A stretch of DNA of 64,000 nt from Lingula anatina (lineage: Eukaryota; Animalia; Brachiopoda): the NCBI GenBank assembly GCA_051362555.1, contig CM120643.1, positions 22,572,848 to 22,636,847 on the forward strand, in the 5' to 3' direction. The notes below the pieces were generated by a model that saw nothing but the letters and a program-made list of their open reading frames with translations, made no database searches and was not told the origin of the DNA. Both the position numbers and the translations under genes were made by a program. Shown here one piece after another: positions 10,838 to 24,824 of this stretch (positions are counted from its first letter, which is position 1; every line of letters begins with the position of its first letter).

Positions 10838-13697
10838 AAAGCCCACTTCCTACTGTCCCTCTACCCTAGCCATTTGACAGTTGGAGGCATGCATTGCACA
10901 ATGAAGTTTCATATAGCAAAGAAATGAATTTTCTTGGAAATTTTTTTGCTTTGTAAAGGTCTTACTTATTCACTTGTTGTGTGCCTTAAATAACAACAAG
11001 AGATCACTGACACAACTCGGGCTGCATTCTAACTGAGATCCTCTCTGAAATTTGGCTGATTTCCTTGATGAAGATTGACTTTTTTATAGGACTTGACCAG
11101 TCATTATCTCATGTTCTTGACGTTAATGTTCACACCAATAATGAAGGTTTTCAGAAGTCTTTCAACTATATTGCCAGGTGAAGGGAGCCAGCAGGTGAGT
11201 GTGTACAGACAAATCTTAGGCTGGCTTCAGTGTCAGGGAAATACTTCAATTACCAATTTGAACCTACTTTAATTACCAGTATCTGAAATAATTATTCATT
11301 AACAGATTTACTGCACGGGACTGATAATTGATTGGCTCTTCGAATAAAAGGATTATTGCACGTGTGGTCCACTTATTACAAGAGGAGTGTGCTTGCCTCT
11401 GTTTTAATTGCTTCAGTATGTTTCATGCCTCTCTTGCATATTGGCCATAAGCTAATGGTTTTTTTAATTTTTTGGACTAGTGTTTGATAATTTTCACTTA
11501 CTGTGAGGTTATCTAGCACCTAAGTTTAGATTTATTTTCGGACTGGAGTTATTTTGTGAAACCAACTTCTTGGTCATGTTATTTAGATCAAGATATAAGT
11601 ATGTTCAATTTAATCTGCACGATGGTGTTACATATTAAAAATAATGTGAACTCCTAGTACACATGGCATTGTACAGGCATGGTTATAGAAAAAAAAATTA
11701 ACTGGTAATAGGTATATATATTTTTCTTGGCAGTTTTCATTCCTTAGGACTCCCAAGAACCCCCATTGTAAGGTCATTTCTACCAAGGAGTTATAACAGA
11801 CTCCTTGTTTCTACCCACTCTTCTCCACATCATGCTAAATTATTTCTGTTACAATAATAGTTGTAAACTACTGATACTTTGCCAAAAAAATCATTGTACA
11901 TGTAAAGTAACAGCAACTTAACCAAAGGCATTTACTAATTTTCCATTGTAGCCTGTCTATAAGGACCTGCTGCCAGTCCCATTTTCTTGAATCTCGTGGA
12001 TTTCTTCATACTATTATTGAAAAGCAATTATGAAGCTCCAGGTTCATGTTGCTTCAAAAATGATGCCATGTAATAAGATCATGTTTGTAACAGATATTAT
12101 AGTCAACTGATGATACATTGCAAATGAATTTATAGTAAATAACCTTGATTAACATTTAATAATGATCTTGTTTTGACTACGTCTATGATTATGTGGCTAA
12201 TTTAGGGCCAATTACATTATCACCCTAACTCCAATTACTGGAGTTTGGGTGATAATGATCAATTCTCATGAACTTATTTAGTTATTTCCCCTACATGCTA
12301 CACTCTTACGCAAATATTGGGCTTTCAGCTGAAAGTAGGCTTAAAAGATGGAACTTAGTTTAAGATTTTTATAGTCCCATTTTTCACTTACGTGGAAAAG
12401 GGAAAAAAAAATATTTATTTTGCACATATATACTAGTACTTGAAATTATTCTTTTTATACTAGCATGTTATACATTAATAAAACCACAAAAATATTCATA
12501 TTACATTTCTTGCATGTTTATTAGATGTTCATTATTGTAAAATTGTTACAAAACATTGCTATATATATTTTTTGTTATATCATTGCCAATAAACTTTATT
12601 TTCTGTATGTTTCTCCACTGTTATCTCTTGACTCCTGATAAAATTGACATAAAAAAGGAATTATTAACAATAAGCTCTTTAATCTGATGAAAAACGTGAT
12701 TTAAGAAATCCTGCCTAACTGCCCCACATGGTCCTGTTTATTAATAAGATGCACATGTGACAACATAATTATTTCTTCAACAAATTGTGCTTGAGAAGCC
12801 AAACAATCTCGAGACCAAAACGCAATCCACTAATTAAATCTCACCACAAACAAATCGCTACCCATTTACTTCTAGAGCATATGTTGCCTGAAAGAAAACT
12901 TGGCATGACGTCAAGCTCCTCTGGTTGTAATTAACTTGAAATTACAAATAAAATTTAAAGAATATAAATAAAAGTGTCTTGTCCACAATGTAGTAGGCTT
13001 TGCCCACTGTAAGGTGGATTTATTTGAGTGGCTTTATCGCGGGATTTCCAATCTAGGTCTGCCTGGTAAAAAGGAACTTTACCTATGTTGGGGGGGAATT
13101 ATTTGATTGATTTTATCAAGGGATTCCTAATCTCGTCTTGCCACATCAAAAGAACCAATATGCTGCTGTCTTCTACTACTGCCCACATTATCAATAAGAT
13201 TGTTCTTGGTTCCAAGGAATTGAATTTGCTGATGTTTTAGTGACAGTAATCACTTTATTTGGAACAAAACTTTGGTGAATACCCACCATTTATAACCGGG
13301 TCATTCCTCCAAATACTACCCTGTGTGGGAATCTTTCACAGGTCTACATGTACCAACACACAACAACCTGTATGCATTCAGCCCAATGCTGCTCTTGTGA
13401 CAAGAGTGAAATGTAACCATTTCACTACAATTTTGTTCCAAAGTAAGTGATTACTATCACTAAAACATCACCAAATATTGTGTCCACTTATAGCCTGTTC
13501 TGACAATTTCTCTTCTTCACTGGTCATCTCAATTACACATCCAGTTCAGTCCATGTTTTCTGTCCGACTCAATATTCTGACCATTTGTGGGGCATCCACA
13601 GGTGTCGCACAGTCACCGCATATAATGAACCACCTTCCTGTTATTCAAATATCTAATAAAGCTGATAACCTCTGATTTCTCCACCCCTGACCAGTGG

Positions 13698-16600
13698 TCA
13701 AATGTCATCAGGTTCTTTCCAGTCCTCGGCTGCCCACGCAGGTAATTCTGTACTAAAGTCGAACAATGATCCTGCCTAAAAAATTATAATACCAAAGATT
13801 ATGTTATAGTCTACTTGCAGTCATTGGTGGTTCAATTATTAAGATACATGACAAAGTGAGCAGCTGCCTTGCAAAAAACACCATATGTTAACTTCATGTT
13901 CCTTTATTTATTTGAATTCTTTAATTTATAAAGTATCACGTCAGTGGTGGTGGTTAATTGTAAGAACAAAATAGTCAGTATGTGGTCAGTATTTCGATAG
14001 GTGTGCTGACCAAGCACATTCGCTACACCTCATTTGCACAATTTCATAATAGGCAAAAAAAAAAAAAAAAAAAAAAAAAACAATTCAATATCCGATCACT
14101 TATTAAATTTTCTTTTGAGGGTGGTGTATACTTATATTTTTCTCACCTTGTATCTGAGTGCGTGAAGATACATGACCAGTTCTGGCCCGGGTCTGGGGTC
14201 CCTGGTCTTTATTTTACAGTCAGTACAGTTGGGATCGACAACCAATTTAGCAGGGTCAAAAGCTGGTCTTAAAACAGCTGTTCTTTTGTCATCAGAAACA
14301 CTGGATGCTTCAGAACCCGATGTCAATTTTTTTATAATTTCATCACTAATTGCAGTCTGGGGTGTGTCTAATTCCACCTCAGTTTTTCTCTTTTTCTGAG
14401 GTGGTTCTCTGGAATCTGCAGATAAACTTGCACTAAGTTCCGAGTCTTTAGGGTCACAAAATGCATGACCTTCACCCTGAGGAAATATTTGACCTTGGCT
14501 TTGTGTGGCTGAATTATTTACTGCATATTTCTTCTCCCCCTCTGTATTTGCAGAAGCTTTATTACAGTCACTATTCCTGTCCTCTTGCTCATCCAAAGTC
14601 CCTCTGTCTATGTTTCCATTTTTATCCTCTTCAAAAATGTTTTCTGTATTATGGTTGTCAACAATGAAGTTGGAGCGGGCATGCTTCTTCATGAGATCAT
14701 TGATAAGCTGTTTTGAAAAAAAAAAAAAAGAAAATGTGATGTAAAGGAGAGTAAGCTTACCCATTCAACAGAATAAGAGAATACTCACATAACTGCAACA
14801 GGAATTAGTATACTTGCACTTTCTGGTTTCACACTTAAAATTTTTTTAATAAATCAATGGAGGTCACGTGGTCTAAAGACAAGCTCAGAATAATAGCTAT
14901 AACTGCCATTTTTGTGGTAAAACAGAATATATTATATTTCTATGAGTTATTCACAATGTTTTTATTGTGAAATATAGATCTCATATGAAGACTTATTATC
15001 CCATTAATCTATATCTGTTTCTCTGGCATACCTGTTCTTCAGATTTCCCCCAGTCTCCCCCCTTGCCTTTATGTGGACCCCACACTGCTCCATTGTATGC
15101 ATAGTCATTTGTTATGGGGTAGCCTAAGAATGAGAATTACCATGAGAATATGGCTGATCTTGATAAGTAAAATGTACTGAAATTAAAGTTTTTATTAATC
15201 CAGTTTTTTTTAACTAAGATAAATATGACATTATAATAAGGCTGAAAAATTAGGCTGAAACATAGTGACTTCCATTTCAAACATAAGCTCTAGAAAAAGA
15301 AATAATTACAATTCCACCGTTATGCAAATTAAAAGGTATCTCATCAATCCATGGTAAAAGGTAAATATTGGAATAACAAATAATCTTCTACATCTTAAAG
15401 AGGATTTCTGTTTATTCCCTTTTGTCACCATTTTTTTAAATATAAAAATGGGCATCTTAGAAAAATACAAATTATGCCATAAAAAAACAAAACTCTATGT
15501 AGAAGAAAATCTTCCAGAGTTCAACTCACCCAGGTACTGCAGGTGAACTCTGATCTGGTGGGTTCTTCCAGTGTGAGGACGGCCTGTTGACATCAAAATA
15601 AAGTTAACTGCATTTTAAACAAGGTGTTTCTGTGTGATGGAAAACAGTTTTAATGCTGTTTGTCACTAAGGGTGCATTCCCAGAGATTTAGATCGATCCA
15701 GAGATTTAGATTTAGATTGACCTAACTCCCTGGGGGTTCATGCTAAATTGCAGTCAGCCAAGCGCGCACCATAGTTAATTACCCCCTTACAGCTTTTAGT
15801 AGGCGGGACAGATGCTTAAGCCAGCTAAGCTGACAGTAATATAGTGAGACTCCCCACAGGGATAGATCGATCTAACATCTATGGGAATGGGGTCTAAGTG
15901 TATGCATATTTATCACCTATAGGGAATCCATGAACCTTTTCTTTATAAATATCTATAATGTAAAAAATTATTGAACAGGATGAGTTATGAACATATCAAA
16001 ATGCAGCAAACACACTTGCATTGACAGATTTCAGGATAGACAAAAAGAGAAAAGGTGATAACACTACATCCATGCACTATTTTCCAGAGTACCTTTCAGT
16101 CTGCAGGGTTAACTCAAGCCATAGAATTAAAACCTGGTCAGCTAAATTTTGTATGTGCAGTGGTCACCATTTCTGCCAGAAGATTGTAAGTATGAAACCA
16201 TGACGGCTTGAAGAATCAATAGCAGACCAATAAATTATAGGGCACAGACTGTACTTATGATGTACTCACATTTCACCACACTTGTTTTGCCATTGTAACT
16301 CATCCTCTGGAAGGTGGTTTTGCTCTCCTTCCCGTTTGGGTCCACCTTGTACAATCCCACCTTGTATGACAGTATCCCCAGGGGCTGGGCACACACTATC
16401 TCTCCACTGTAAGTGTCCATACAAATGTTTAATGATTAAAGGGATAACATCTCTTCGCATGAGATCCATATTTCACAATAAATACATTGTAAACATCTCA
16501 TAGAAATATAATAAATTCTATTTTACTTCCAAAATGGCATGTTTACAAATATTTCAAAAATTATAGGGAAATTTGATCATGGTATACTTAGCACAACGAA

Positions 16601-19600
16601 GACACTTTGGGTGTAAAACATTTTTTACAAGTTACATGCTCATTCCAGTCAGTAAATGTCCATACACTTCCTGCTTTTACCAGTGAAAAAATCTGTTGCA
16701 CTAGATTTTATCGAGATAAATGACAACTCACGTTACAATATTATGGGGAACGTACAGTATACTACTAGATAACAGCAGTAGAAGAATGGCCTATGAGGAT
16801 TATTTCACAGTATACAGGTGAACTTTCTCAATTTCATGCTTGTCAGCATGGTCATGCATGAAATGGGATGAGAAGTAAAGAGAATCCAGTACAAGTTGAA
16901 AATCACCTGATTGCTATACTTGAAATTTCAAAGTCTTGAGTCCATTTGGAAATGAATGGAATCTTGGCAACTGCCTAGCAATAAACACACAGATAAAAGG
17001 ATTCTGTCTAAGGTTCCAAACCCAGACACAGACTTAAATACAATTTTCACCAATGTTTTCCAGCACTTGTGCTCCTCTATAGGAGTGGCTAAGAATTAAG
17101 GCTGCCCAATAGGGAAAATATCACAAATATCCCACCTAGGAAATTCTCCGTCCACTCTACACACGTATTCCTTCTCTACTTCTCTGTTGGCCACCAGCTG
17201 GGACACTGTGTTGGTCATTGTGTGATTCTTGGCAAAGATGACCAGTCCAGAGGTGAGCCGATCTAACCGATACGTTGCTGAAATGATAAAATAAATAATG
17301 ATCACCAGAATACATGTGTGTAGAATAGTGACTTCTGGTGGCTGTTCAAAAAGTTCAAAGCCTCACCCATAAAGGAGGGATACAGCTAAACATGTCTGGA
17401 GCAGTAATAAACACACTACACACTACAATTTCCTACAAAACACACATCACTAATGTAGATTTCTGTCTTAATTTCCACAATAAAATGATGAATAGATATA
17501 TGATATCAAAATTGTGGGTTTTTTCCCATACTTATAAACCTTACTTAATCCTAAGTTCACATAAAAGGATTCAATAATACTAGACTTCTGAAGTGATAAA
17601 ACAACAGTTTGACATCGGAGCAAGTATCACTGCTATTCAACAGAAAAATGATGATTGCCCCACAGGGCTGGTCACTTAACAGTTGATATCTGGCTGCCAG
17701 ACCTGTTGAAGATTGGTGGTGTCCATCTCAACCTCTGCTTTTTGCTTTTAACTTTATTTATTACTTCTCAAGTCCAGTATTAGATTTACTTCTCCCTCAT
17801 GAGTTATGTGACATCACACTTCTGGATTAATCAGAACATTTGCTCTTACTCCGGAGTTGTGTGTATCCATATTCCTTCCCAAGAATGTAGAACAAAGAGT
17901 TGTGTCTGTACTGGCCACAGGGATGGATGGGTATGGAACTGGGTTTATTGACAGCCACAAAGTCCCCCGTCTCAGCCACAATCTGAATGGGGTCTGCGCA
18001 TACTGGTTTCTCATGCCTAAATGAAATTTATTCTAGGCTAGCCACAATTAAATGACATTTAAACATGTGCATTTACTGTATTGTCTTATGCTATTTATTC
18101 AGGGTTGTCGACATTACATTACTTGAAATTAATAGATTTTGTTATCAACAAATATGTTCTCAACAATAGGTAGTCTAACAAATATGTTCTCAACAATAGG
18201 TAGTCTAAGCTACCATTACCATACCAATGAAATTTATTCTAGGCTAGCCACAATTAAATGACATTTAAACATGTGCATTTACTGTATTGTCTTATGCTAT
18301 TTATTCAGGGTTGTCGACATTACATTACTTGAAATTAATAGATTTTGTTATCAACAAATATGTTCTCAACAATAGGTAGTCTAACAAATATGTTCTCAAC
18401 AATAGGTAGTCTAAGCTACCATTACCATAATTTAATTTCATTTTAAATTAAACATATTTTTATGTATTTATTTATTACACTTTTCACTGTTACAACATAC
18501 CATTACAAACTGCAGTCTTATACTTTAAACAATGCATGGTTTTACAACAAAGTCAGTGTGCAGCACTGTCTGTGCATGATGAGAATTTCAGAAGTGTTCC
18601 TTTTTGTAAACAGAGATAGAAACAAATATGTTCTCAACAATAGGTAGTCTAACAAATATGTTCTCAACAATAGGTAGTCTAAGCTACCATTACCATACCA
18701 ATGAAATTTATTCTAGGCTAGCCACAATTAAATGACATTTAAACATGTGCATTTACTGTATTGTCTTATGCTATTTATTCAGGGTTGTCGACATTACATT
18801 ACTTGAAATTAATAGATTTTGTTATCAACAAATATGTTCTCAACAATAGGTAGTCTAACAAATATGTTCTCAACAATAGGTAGTCTAAGCTACCATTACC
18901 ATAATTTAATTTCATTTTAAATTAAACATATTTTTATGTATTTATTTATTACACTTTTCACTGTTACAACATACCATTACAAACTGCAGTCTTATACTTT
19001 AAACAATGCATGGTTTTACAACAAAGTCAGTGTGCAGCACTGTCTGTGCATGATGAGAATTTCAGAAGTGTTCCTTTTTGTAAACAGAGATAGAAACTCT
19101 GCACACTGATTGAAAGACAATAGTCCACAGTTCAAATGTGGAAATCAACAGTGAGTGTAAGTCTTGAGCGCAGTCAGCACAAAGTAGTAAATTATACTGA
19201 TGTGCCCTTTATTTGACTTTCCTTCCCAGGTTTCAAGCCATTGTTTCTTTAAGGGAGCTGAAACAGTTACTTACCTGTGCAAGGTGTGATTAAGTCTGTC
19301 ATTTGGTTTGAATACATAGTCCACACTGGCTGGTTTGTCATTGACACACAACTTGCCACTCTCAATTGCCTTCAACTAAAAATAATTAAATAAATGAATA
19401 AATAAAGTTTTCATTTATTAACTTCTTCAAACAAACCACCTTTCCAACATCCATGCCAGAGTATTTGTTTTAGCTTAGAAGTAAGTAGAAACTTTGTCCA
19501 AATCAACAAACAAGGTGACAATCAATACAACCGACTTTCTTAAGCCCTGTTTAATCACGTCAGGTCACAAGCAAAAATCATTAAAAGCCACCCAATTACT

Positions 19601-21141
19601 TATTTTTCACCTTTTTTAAAGACAGTGAAACTGTAAGTTGTACAAATACCTGACATTAGCCTATCATCAATATCGCAAACTAAAGTTAAGGTTACTTATG
19701 ACAATTCATGTAAACTGACCACATCATCATTACTATAGTGGTTGAATTCTTCAGCGAATACATCCACAAGTCTTCTTCCATACCATCTCTCTTTGCTCCA
19801 GGTGTTAAAGGTGTAGTAGTATGGATACAACTTACGTAAGCCTATACAAAATAAAGTATTGCAATAATACTAATACTAATAAGTGCTATACAATAATACT
19901 AATAATGCCTATTAACTTCAAGCACAACAATGAAACTAAGATTTTTTACATTCAGCATTTAAGTTACTGACCAAAACTATTTTCTGTATCCAATAAAGTT
20001 TTCAAAAATTTTGGAAGCAATTTTTTAGGGGTTACTATCAAAATATTTACAGTATATGGGAAGCACATTAAATAGGTTTTGTGGCTTCGATTCAATGTGC
20101 ATTTAAAATGTTATAAAATATACAAGAAAATCATTAGATCATGACCTTTTTTACAGGACTGCTAGCCCAGGTTCCTCAACTTAAAAAACTTAAATCTAAA
20201 TCTAAAAATCTTAAATGCTGTCTTGATATCCATAGACATGTACAAGTAATATTACCAGTTCCTTATCAATCATTGTACCATATTGCATTACAAAAACAAC
20301 ACTGCTGCATCATTGAAACTTTATTCTCATCTTTACCATTCTCAAAATAATATTCAGTTTCAGCCAGAGTAGTGTCCGTAAAGCAAGTTTGTTCTTTGGG
20401 TGGTTTATTTTTCTTCTTCTCTCTCTCTTTCTCCTTATATTTTTCTCGTCTTAATTTCTGAAATAACAAATTATATTACAACCTTATTACTGATAAAATC
20501 AGATTTCAAGTACTAGTAAATGGACATATCATGAATGAACAAAATCCTTTCAACTGATCAGTGTTTAAAATTGGTACTACCTCCTTCTTTATCAAAATGT
20601 TACTAGTAGTGATTTATTTTAATTATAAAGGTATATCACAATTTTTGCAGTTAAAAAACTTCAATATCTTTGTTGCTTGTAGGAATATTTTAAAAATTCC
20701 AAAAGAATTCATCTGTTTTTTGTATTACCTTTCAGAAGATATAAGTATAATAATTTTCTGATCAGTTTGAAAAATTTTCTGATATACACCTACATTTTGT
20801 ATGGAGATTGGAGAGATATTAAGATGTCAAAATATTATAAAATGTACAAACCAAAGTTAAAACTTAGAACTGCAGTTTGTAAGCTTGATTTCTTCCTAAC
20901 AATATTTTTTTTACCTTACCTTTTTCATGGCTTTTTTGGACAGGGGTTTTGCATCTGTTACAGGAGGCATTTCACCGGGCGACTCACGTGGAGCCGAGGT
21001 TGTTGACTGCATCTTGTCTTCGGGAGAATCGACTAGACTTGCTGCAATTTTTCTTGCTTCTTCCATACCCTTGCGATTAATTTCTGGTAAGAAAGATCGT
21101 GAAAAGCTGATTAATTTTTTAATAAATCGTGAGCCAAACAT
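13698..21141 (-). CDS. RPUSD2: RluA-family RNA pseudouridylate synthase domain-containing protein 2 (~598 aa)
   Basis: Eleven phase-consistent GT-AG exons: 21141-20920, 20457-20337, 19841-19720, 19375-19275, 18016-17850, 17277-17136, 16406-16270, 15583-15530, 15123-15032, 14707-14147, 13775-13698. Motifs include YYFENGLRKLYPYYYTF, NKPSSIPIHPCG, RLDRLTSG, KEYVCRV, TGRTHQIRVHLQYLGYPI.ND, MYLHALRY and LPAWA. Confidence 0.93.
14820..15002 (-). mobile_element. Partial Kolobok-like MITE copy
   Basis: Reverse complement matches the 5' part of the 49195-49531 element. Confidence 0.7.
15670..15894 (+). mobile_element. PIF/Harbinger-like MITE
   Basis: GGGTGCATTCCCAGAGATTTAGATCGATC...GATCGATCTAACATCTATGGGAATGGGGTC, flanked by TAA on both sides. 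A homologous copy lies at 27604-27816. Confidence 0.7.
16440..16530 (+). mobile_element. 5' fragment of Kolobok-like MITE
   Basis: TTAA-AGGGATAACATCTCTTCGCATGAGATC.. matches the start of 49195-49531. Confidence 0.6.
18020..19096. repeat. Near-identical nested tandem duplication in an RPUSD2 intron
   Basis: A ~207-bp block starting ATGAAATTTATTCTAGGCTAGCC occurs at about 18020, 18227 and 18701. A second ~190-bp block occurs twice. Internal AACAAATATGTTCTCAACAATAGGTAGTCT doublets are present. Confidence 0.9.
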
Positions 21142-21451
21142 TTAAACACTTGCATTCGATATAATAAAATTCCGTTTCCAAAATGCGAGCCCAGGTTCCA
21201 GCTTGTATTGTATGCGGATCCTAATTTCTATTCTTCTTTTACTAAAGAGCTCCAGTTCACGACATAAAGTACCTATTGACGGTCAAACATGTGGAAGTTG
21301 TAAAAAAGCATGAACTGTTTGCAAATTGCCTCTTGAATTAACGCTGTTGTATACATATTGACAATGTTTTGTCCCGAGGTACCTCAAATCGGTTTGGATA
21401 TGACTTGTTGAATATTTTGGTAGCCTATTAACACCTACGAGTTGTCAAAAG
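21142..21451. promoter_or_regulatory. Putative bidirectional promoter / 5' UTRs of RPUSD2 and UTP4
   Basis: Only 310 bp separate the divergent start codons (21141 on -, 21452 on +). Confidence 0.7.
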
Positions 21452-22661
21452 ATGGGAGAATTTTTAGTTCACCATGTAAGATTGTTTGATTTTGTGCCAA
21501 AAGCCATTCACTGTTTGGCAAGTGACGAAGACACACAAAGACTAGCGGTGTCCAGGTAAGTCATAATGAGACTGAAGTCACCAAGACGAATTTTAAAAAC
21601 AGCCTTAGGTTCATTGGCAAAGAAACTCAAGTTTAACACTTCCTTCTATACATTCACTGTTTTGCAATACTAGTATTTACATCTGTATATTATAGAGTCA
21701 CTGTTAGGCTAAGTGCAAGCTTAATCAAGTAAATGGTGTTCATAAGGCTGAAAAATATATATGCTCTGGATTGGGTGCAGATGTACACACATTTCCCCTT
21801 TCCTCTCACCTCTACATGCTACAGCAGTATATAAAAATCTGGAAATTTTGTGCAAAAAGAGCAGATGTTTTCAAAAAACAATTAATTATTAATTTACTCT
21901 AGAGAAAAAAATGAAAACATTTTCACCATAAGAATGCTGTTTTATTTTTTCTCAAGCCCAACAGTTGTCGTATATAGCTTATAAATTAAAGAGATAATAA
22001 CTCTTCGTATGAAATCTATATTTCACAAGAAAAATGACCTCATAGAAATATAATATATTCTGTTTTACCACAAAAACAGCAGTTATAGCCATTATTCTGA
22101 TAACTTAACTTGTCTTTAGACCACATGACCTCCACTGATGGCTATACTCTGCTATAATCTCTTAAGTAAGAGATTATAACACTAACAGAAAACCAAACTT
22201 TTTAGAAAAAAAACCAGGGACTAACTTTGAATGTAAAAATGGATTCAATAGCCATTGGTAAGTATGGGAATATTGTTGTTTACTCCAGGAAAATTCATTT
22301 TTTGGCCAAAACGAGTTATTTTCCCTTTAACTTTTCTTGAGTACCTACAATCATTTGGACATCAATTGTTCTCTCAAAGAATATGCAAATTGAAATTCTA
22401 CATGAACCCTGAAATGTGTTCACTATCTCATTCTTATTTTTAGTATTGGTATAGAAGTATAGAAATGAATAGAAGTTAAGATTTGTTAATCTGATTTAAA
22501 AAAATGATGTAATTTACAAAATTTAAATGATTTTTTTTCCCTCTTAGATCAGATGGTTCAGTAGAAATCTGGAGTGCCAAAGACAACTGGTTTCAGGAAA
22601 AGGTATGTATTTCTCTCCTTATAAGCATGGTTGACTTGCACTTGCCCACAGACCCCCCCCC

Positions 22662-22697
<36 letters not shown>

Positions 22698-24777
22698 TAA
22701 GAAAAAAAACTTTAAAAAACTCAATTTTCTTATTTGGATACTGCAGTATAATCTTATCGCTGTTACACATAGTCAGGTAAAGTGGTGCTTATACATTTTT
22801 AAAATTGGTTGATACCAGTAATACTTGTCATATATCATAATCTTATAATGAGAAATTGGGCAAAATCAAAAAAAAGGTAGTTCCACTGTATTTAACATTT
22901 TTAACAAAGATGCTTGATAAAATTATGAACTCAAGTTGTAAACATGTTATATTGTTATTTCTCCCATTTGGAAATGTCTGTTTCAATATATATGTCTCAT
23001 TGCCGCAGATAATACCTGGTCAAGAAGACCAGTCAGTGGAGGCCTTGGTGTGGTGTCAACAGAGGCTGTTCAGTGGTGGACTTCAAGGAGACATCACTGA
23101 GTATGACCTGATGCAGTTATCTCACAAGGTAAGGCAACCATTAAGGTAGATTATATGAGGGTCGGTTTATTTCAATATTAGCTGTGTACCCTATTTGTCC
23201 CATTCATTAGTTTTATGATGAAGATATTACTATAAGAGTTTCCTAACTATATTTGCACCTCACTGGTGTATAATTATTAAAGTACATGTGGAAATGTTTT
23301 TCAAAAGGTACAGTACTGTGTGTACATTTTAAAAATCTTGTTTCAGGGTACACATCTGTCTAATGCCGGGGCAGTGTGGTGTTTGGTTGCCAACAGTAAA
23401 CAAACACATATAGCTGTAAGTAATCAAGAAATATTGGCATACAAATTCAGTTTGAATTGAAATGAAAAGAATGAGATATGGTAAACAGAGAAGACAGTCA
23501 GGAATGTTTCTTTTTTTTCATATCTCAGTTAGGCCTTGATTGTCATCAGTTATGCTTAAAATACTTTTTAACTTGCAATAATTGAATATTTTATTAGAAA
23601 AAATAATTTTTAAACAATCAGCTGTCCAAGCTGCCTGCCTCTATAAACTCAAAATGTAAGGCTTGTTCAGCTTAAAAAATTCTCAGAATAACCGTAGAAT
23701 ATATAATAGAAATACTTTGTGAAAGGACAAGTAAGACGTTTGATTTTTTAAATCATTTTTCAGGCGGGAACAGAGGAGGGCTGTATAGTTATATTTGAGC
23801 TCACAGAGGAGGGCCTGGTATATGATAAAGCATTAGACAGACAAGAGGGTAAAAACCTTTTGCATTCTTTCTTAAAGTTTCTAAATTATTTGATTATGTT
23901 GAGGTTTGTGTTTAATATAGATCAGAATTTAAATACTTTATTGAATAAGTGCTTTGATGACACTAACATTATTCAGAATAGTTGTACAAATAAATTAAGG
24001 GGTGCTAATATAACCCTTTATTTAACTTCACCCCCATAAACTAGTTATGATAAATTTCATATTCTATCAGGTCGTATCCTGTCCCTGGCGTGGCACGAGG
24101 GTGGGGAGATGATGGTCAGTGGTGGTATAGATAACATCAGGATATGGAGTGTCCAGTCTGGCCATGCCGTCCAGAGACTGACCCTTGGAAGACAGGACAG
24201 AAATAAGGACACCATTGTGTGGAGCATTGCAGTGACACAGTACGTCATGTTAAGCTTCATAGTTTGATTCTGGCCATGAGCACACATTACAGTTTCGTTG
24301 GAGATAATATGTAAAATATTATATGAAATATTGCTAATGGAGACAAAGAGTGTTTTTTGTGGACATACATGGGTGTAACTGTGTCTGTGCCCCATGCTAA
24401 GAAAGTAAATCCTTACATGTAGATACAAAAAATATGAAAACAGTCTTTTGTTTGATGTACAGCTTAGCTTGCCATACTGCCGTCCATGTGAGCAGAACAC
24501 CTATGTCTAATAGATAGCAGATAAACTTGAATAATTTCAAAAGTTTTTATGAGCTAGTTGTAAAAGCTCTCTGGCTTAATATTTGCTATCTGTTACTTCA
24601 GGGATTTTACCATCATAAGTGGAGATTCCAGAGGGAAGACCACATTCTGGAATGGCAAACAAGGCACTGCTTTGAAGAGTTACCAGAGTCATAAGGCTGA
24701 TGTGCTCTCAGTCTGTGCTAGTCAGGTGTTGTCCTCACCCACAGATGCACATGCACACACAGACACACACACATTCA

Positions 24778-24824
<47 letters not shown>

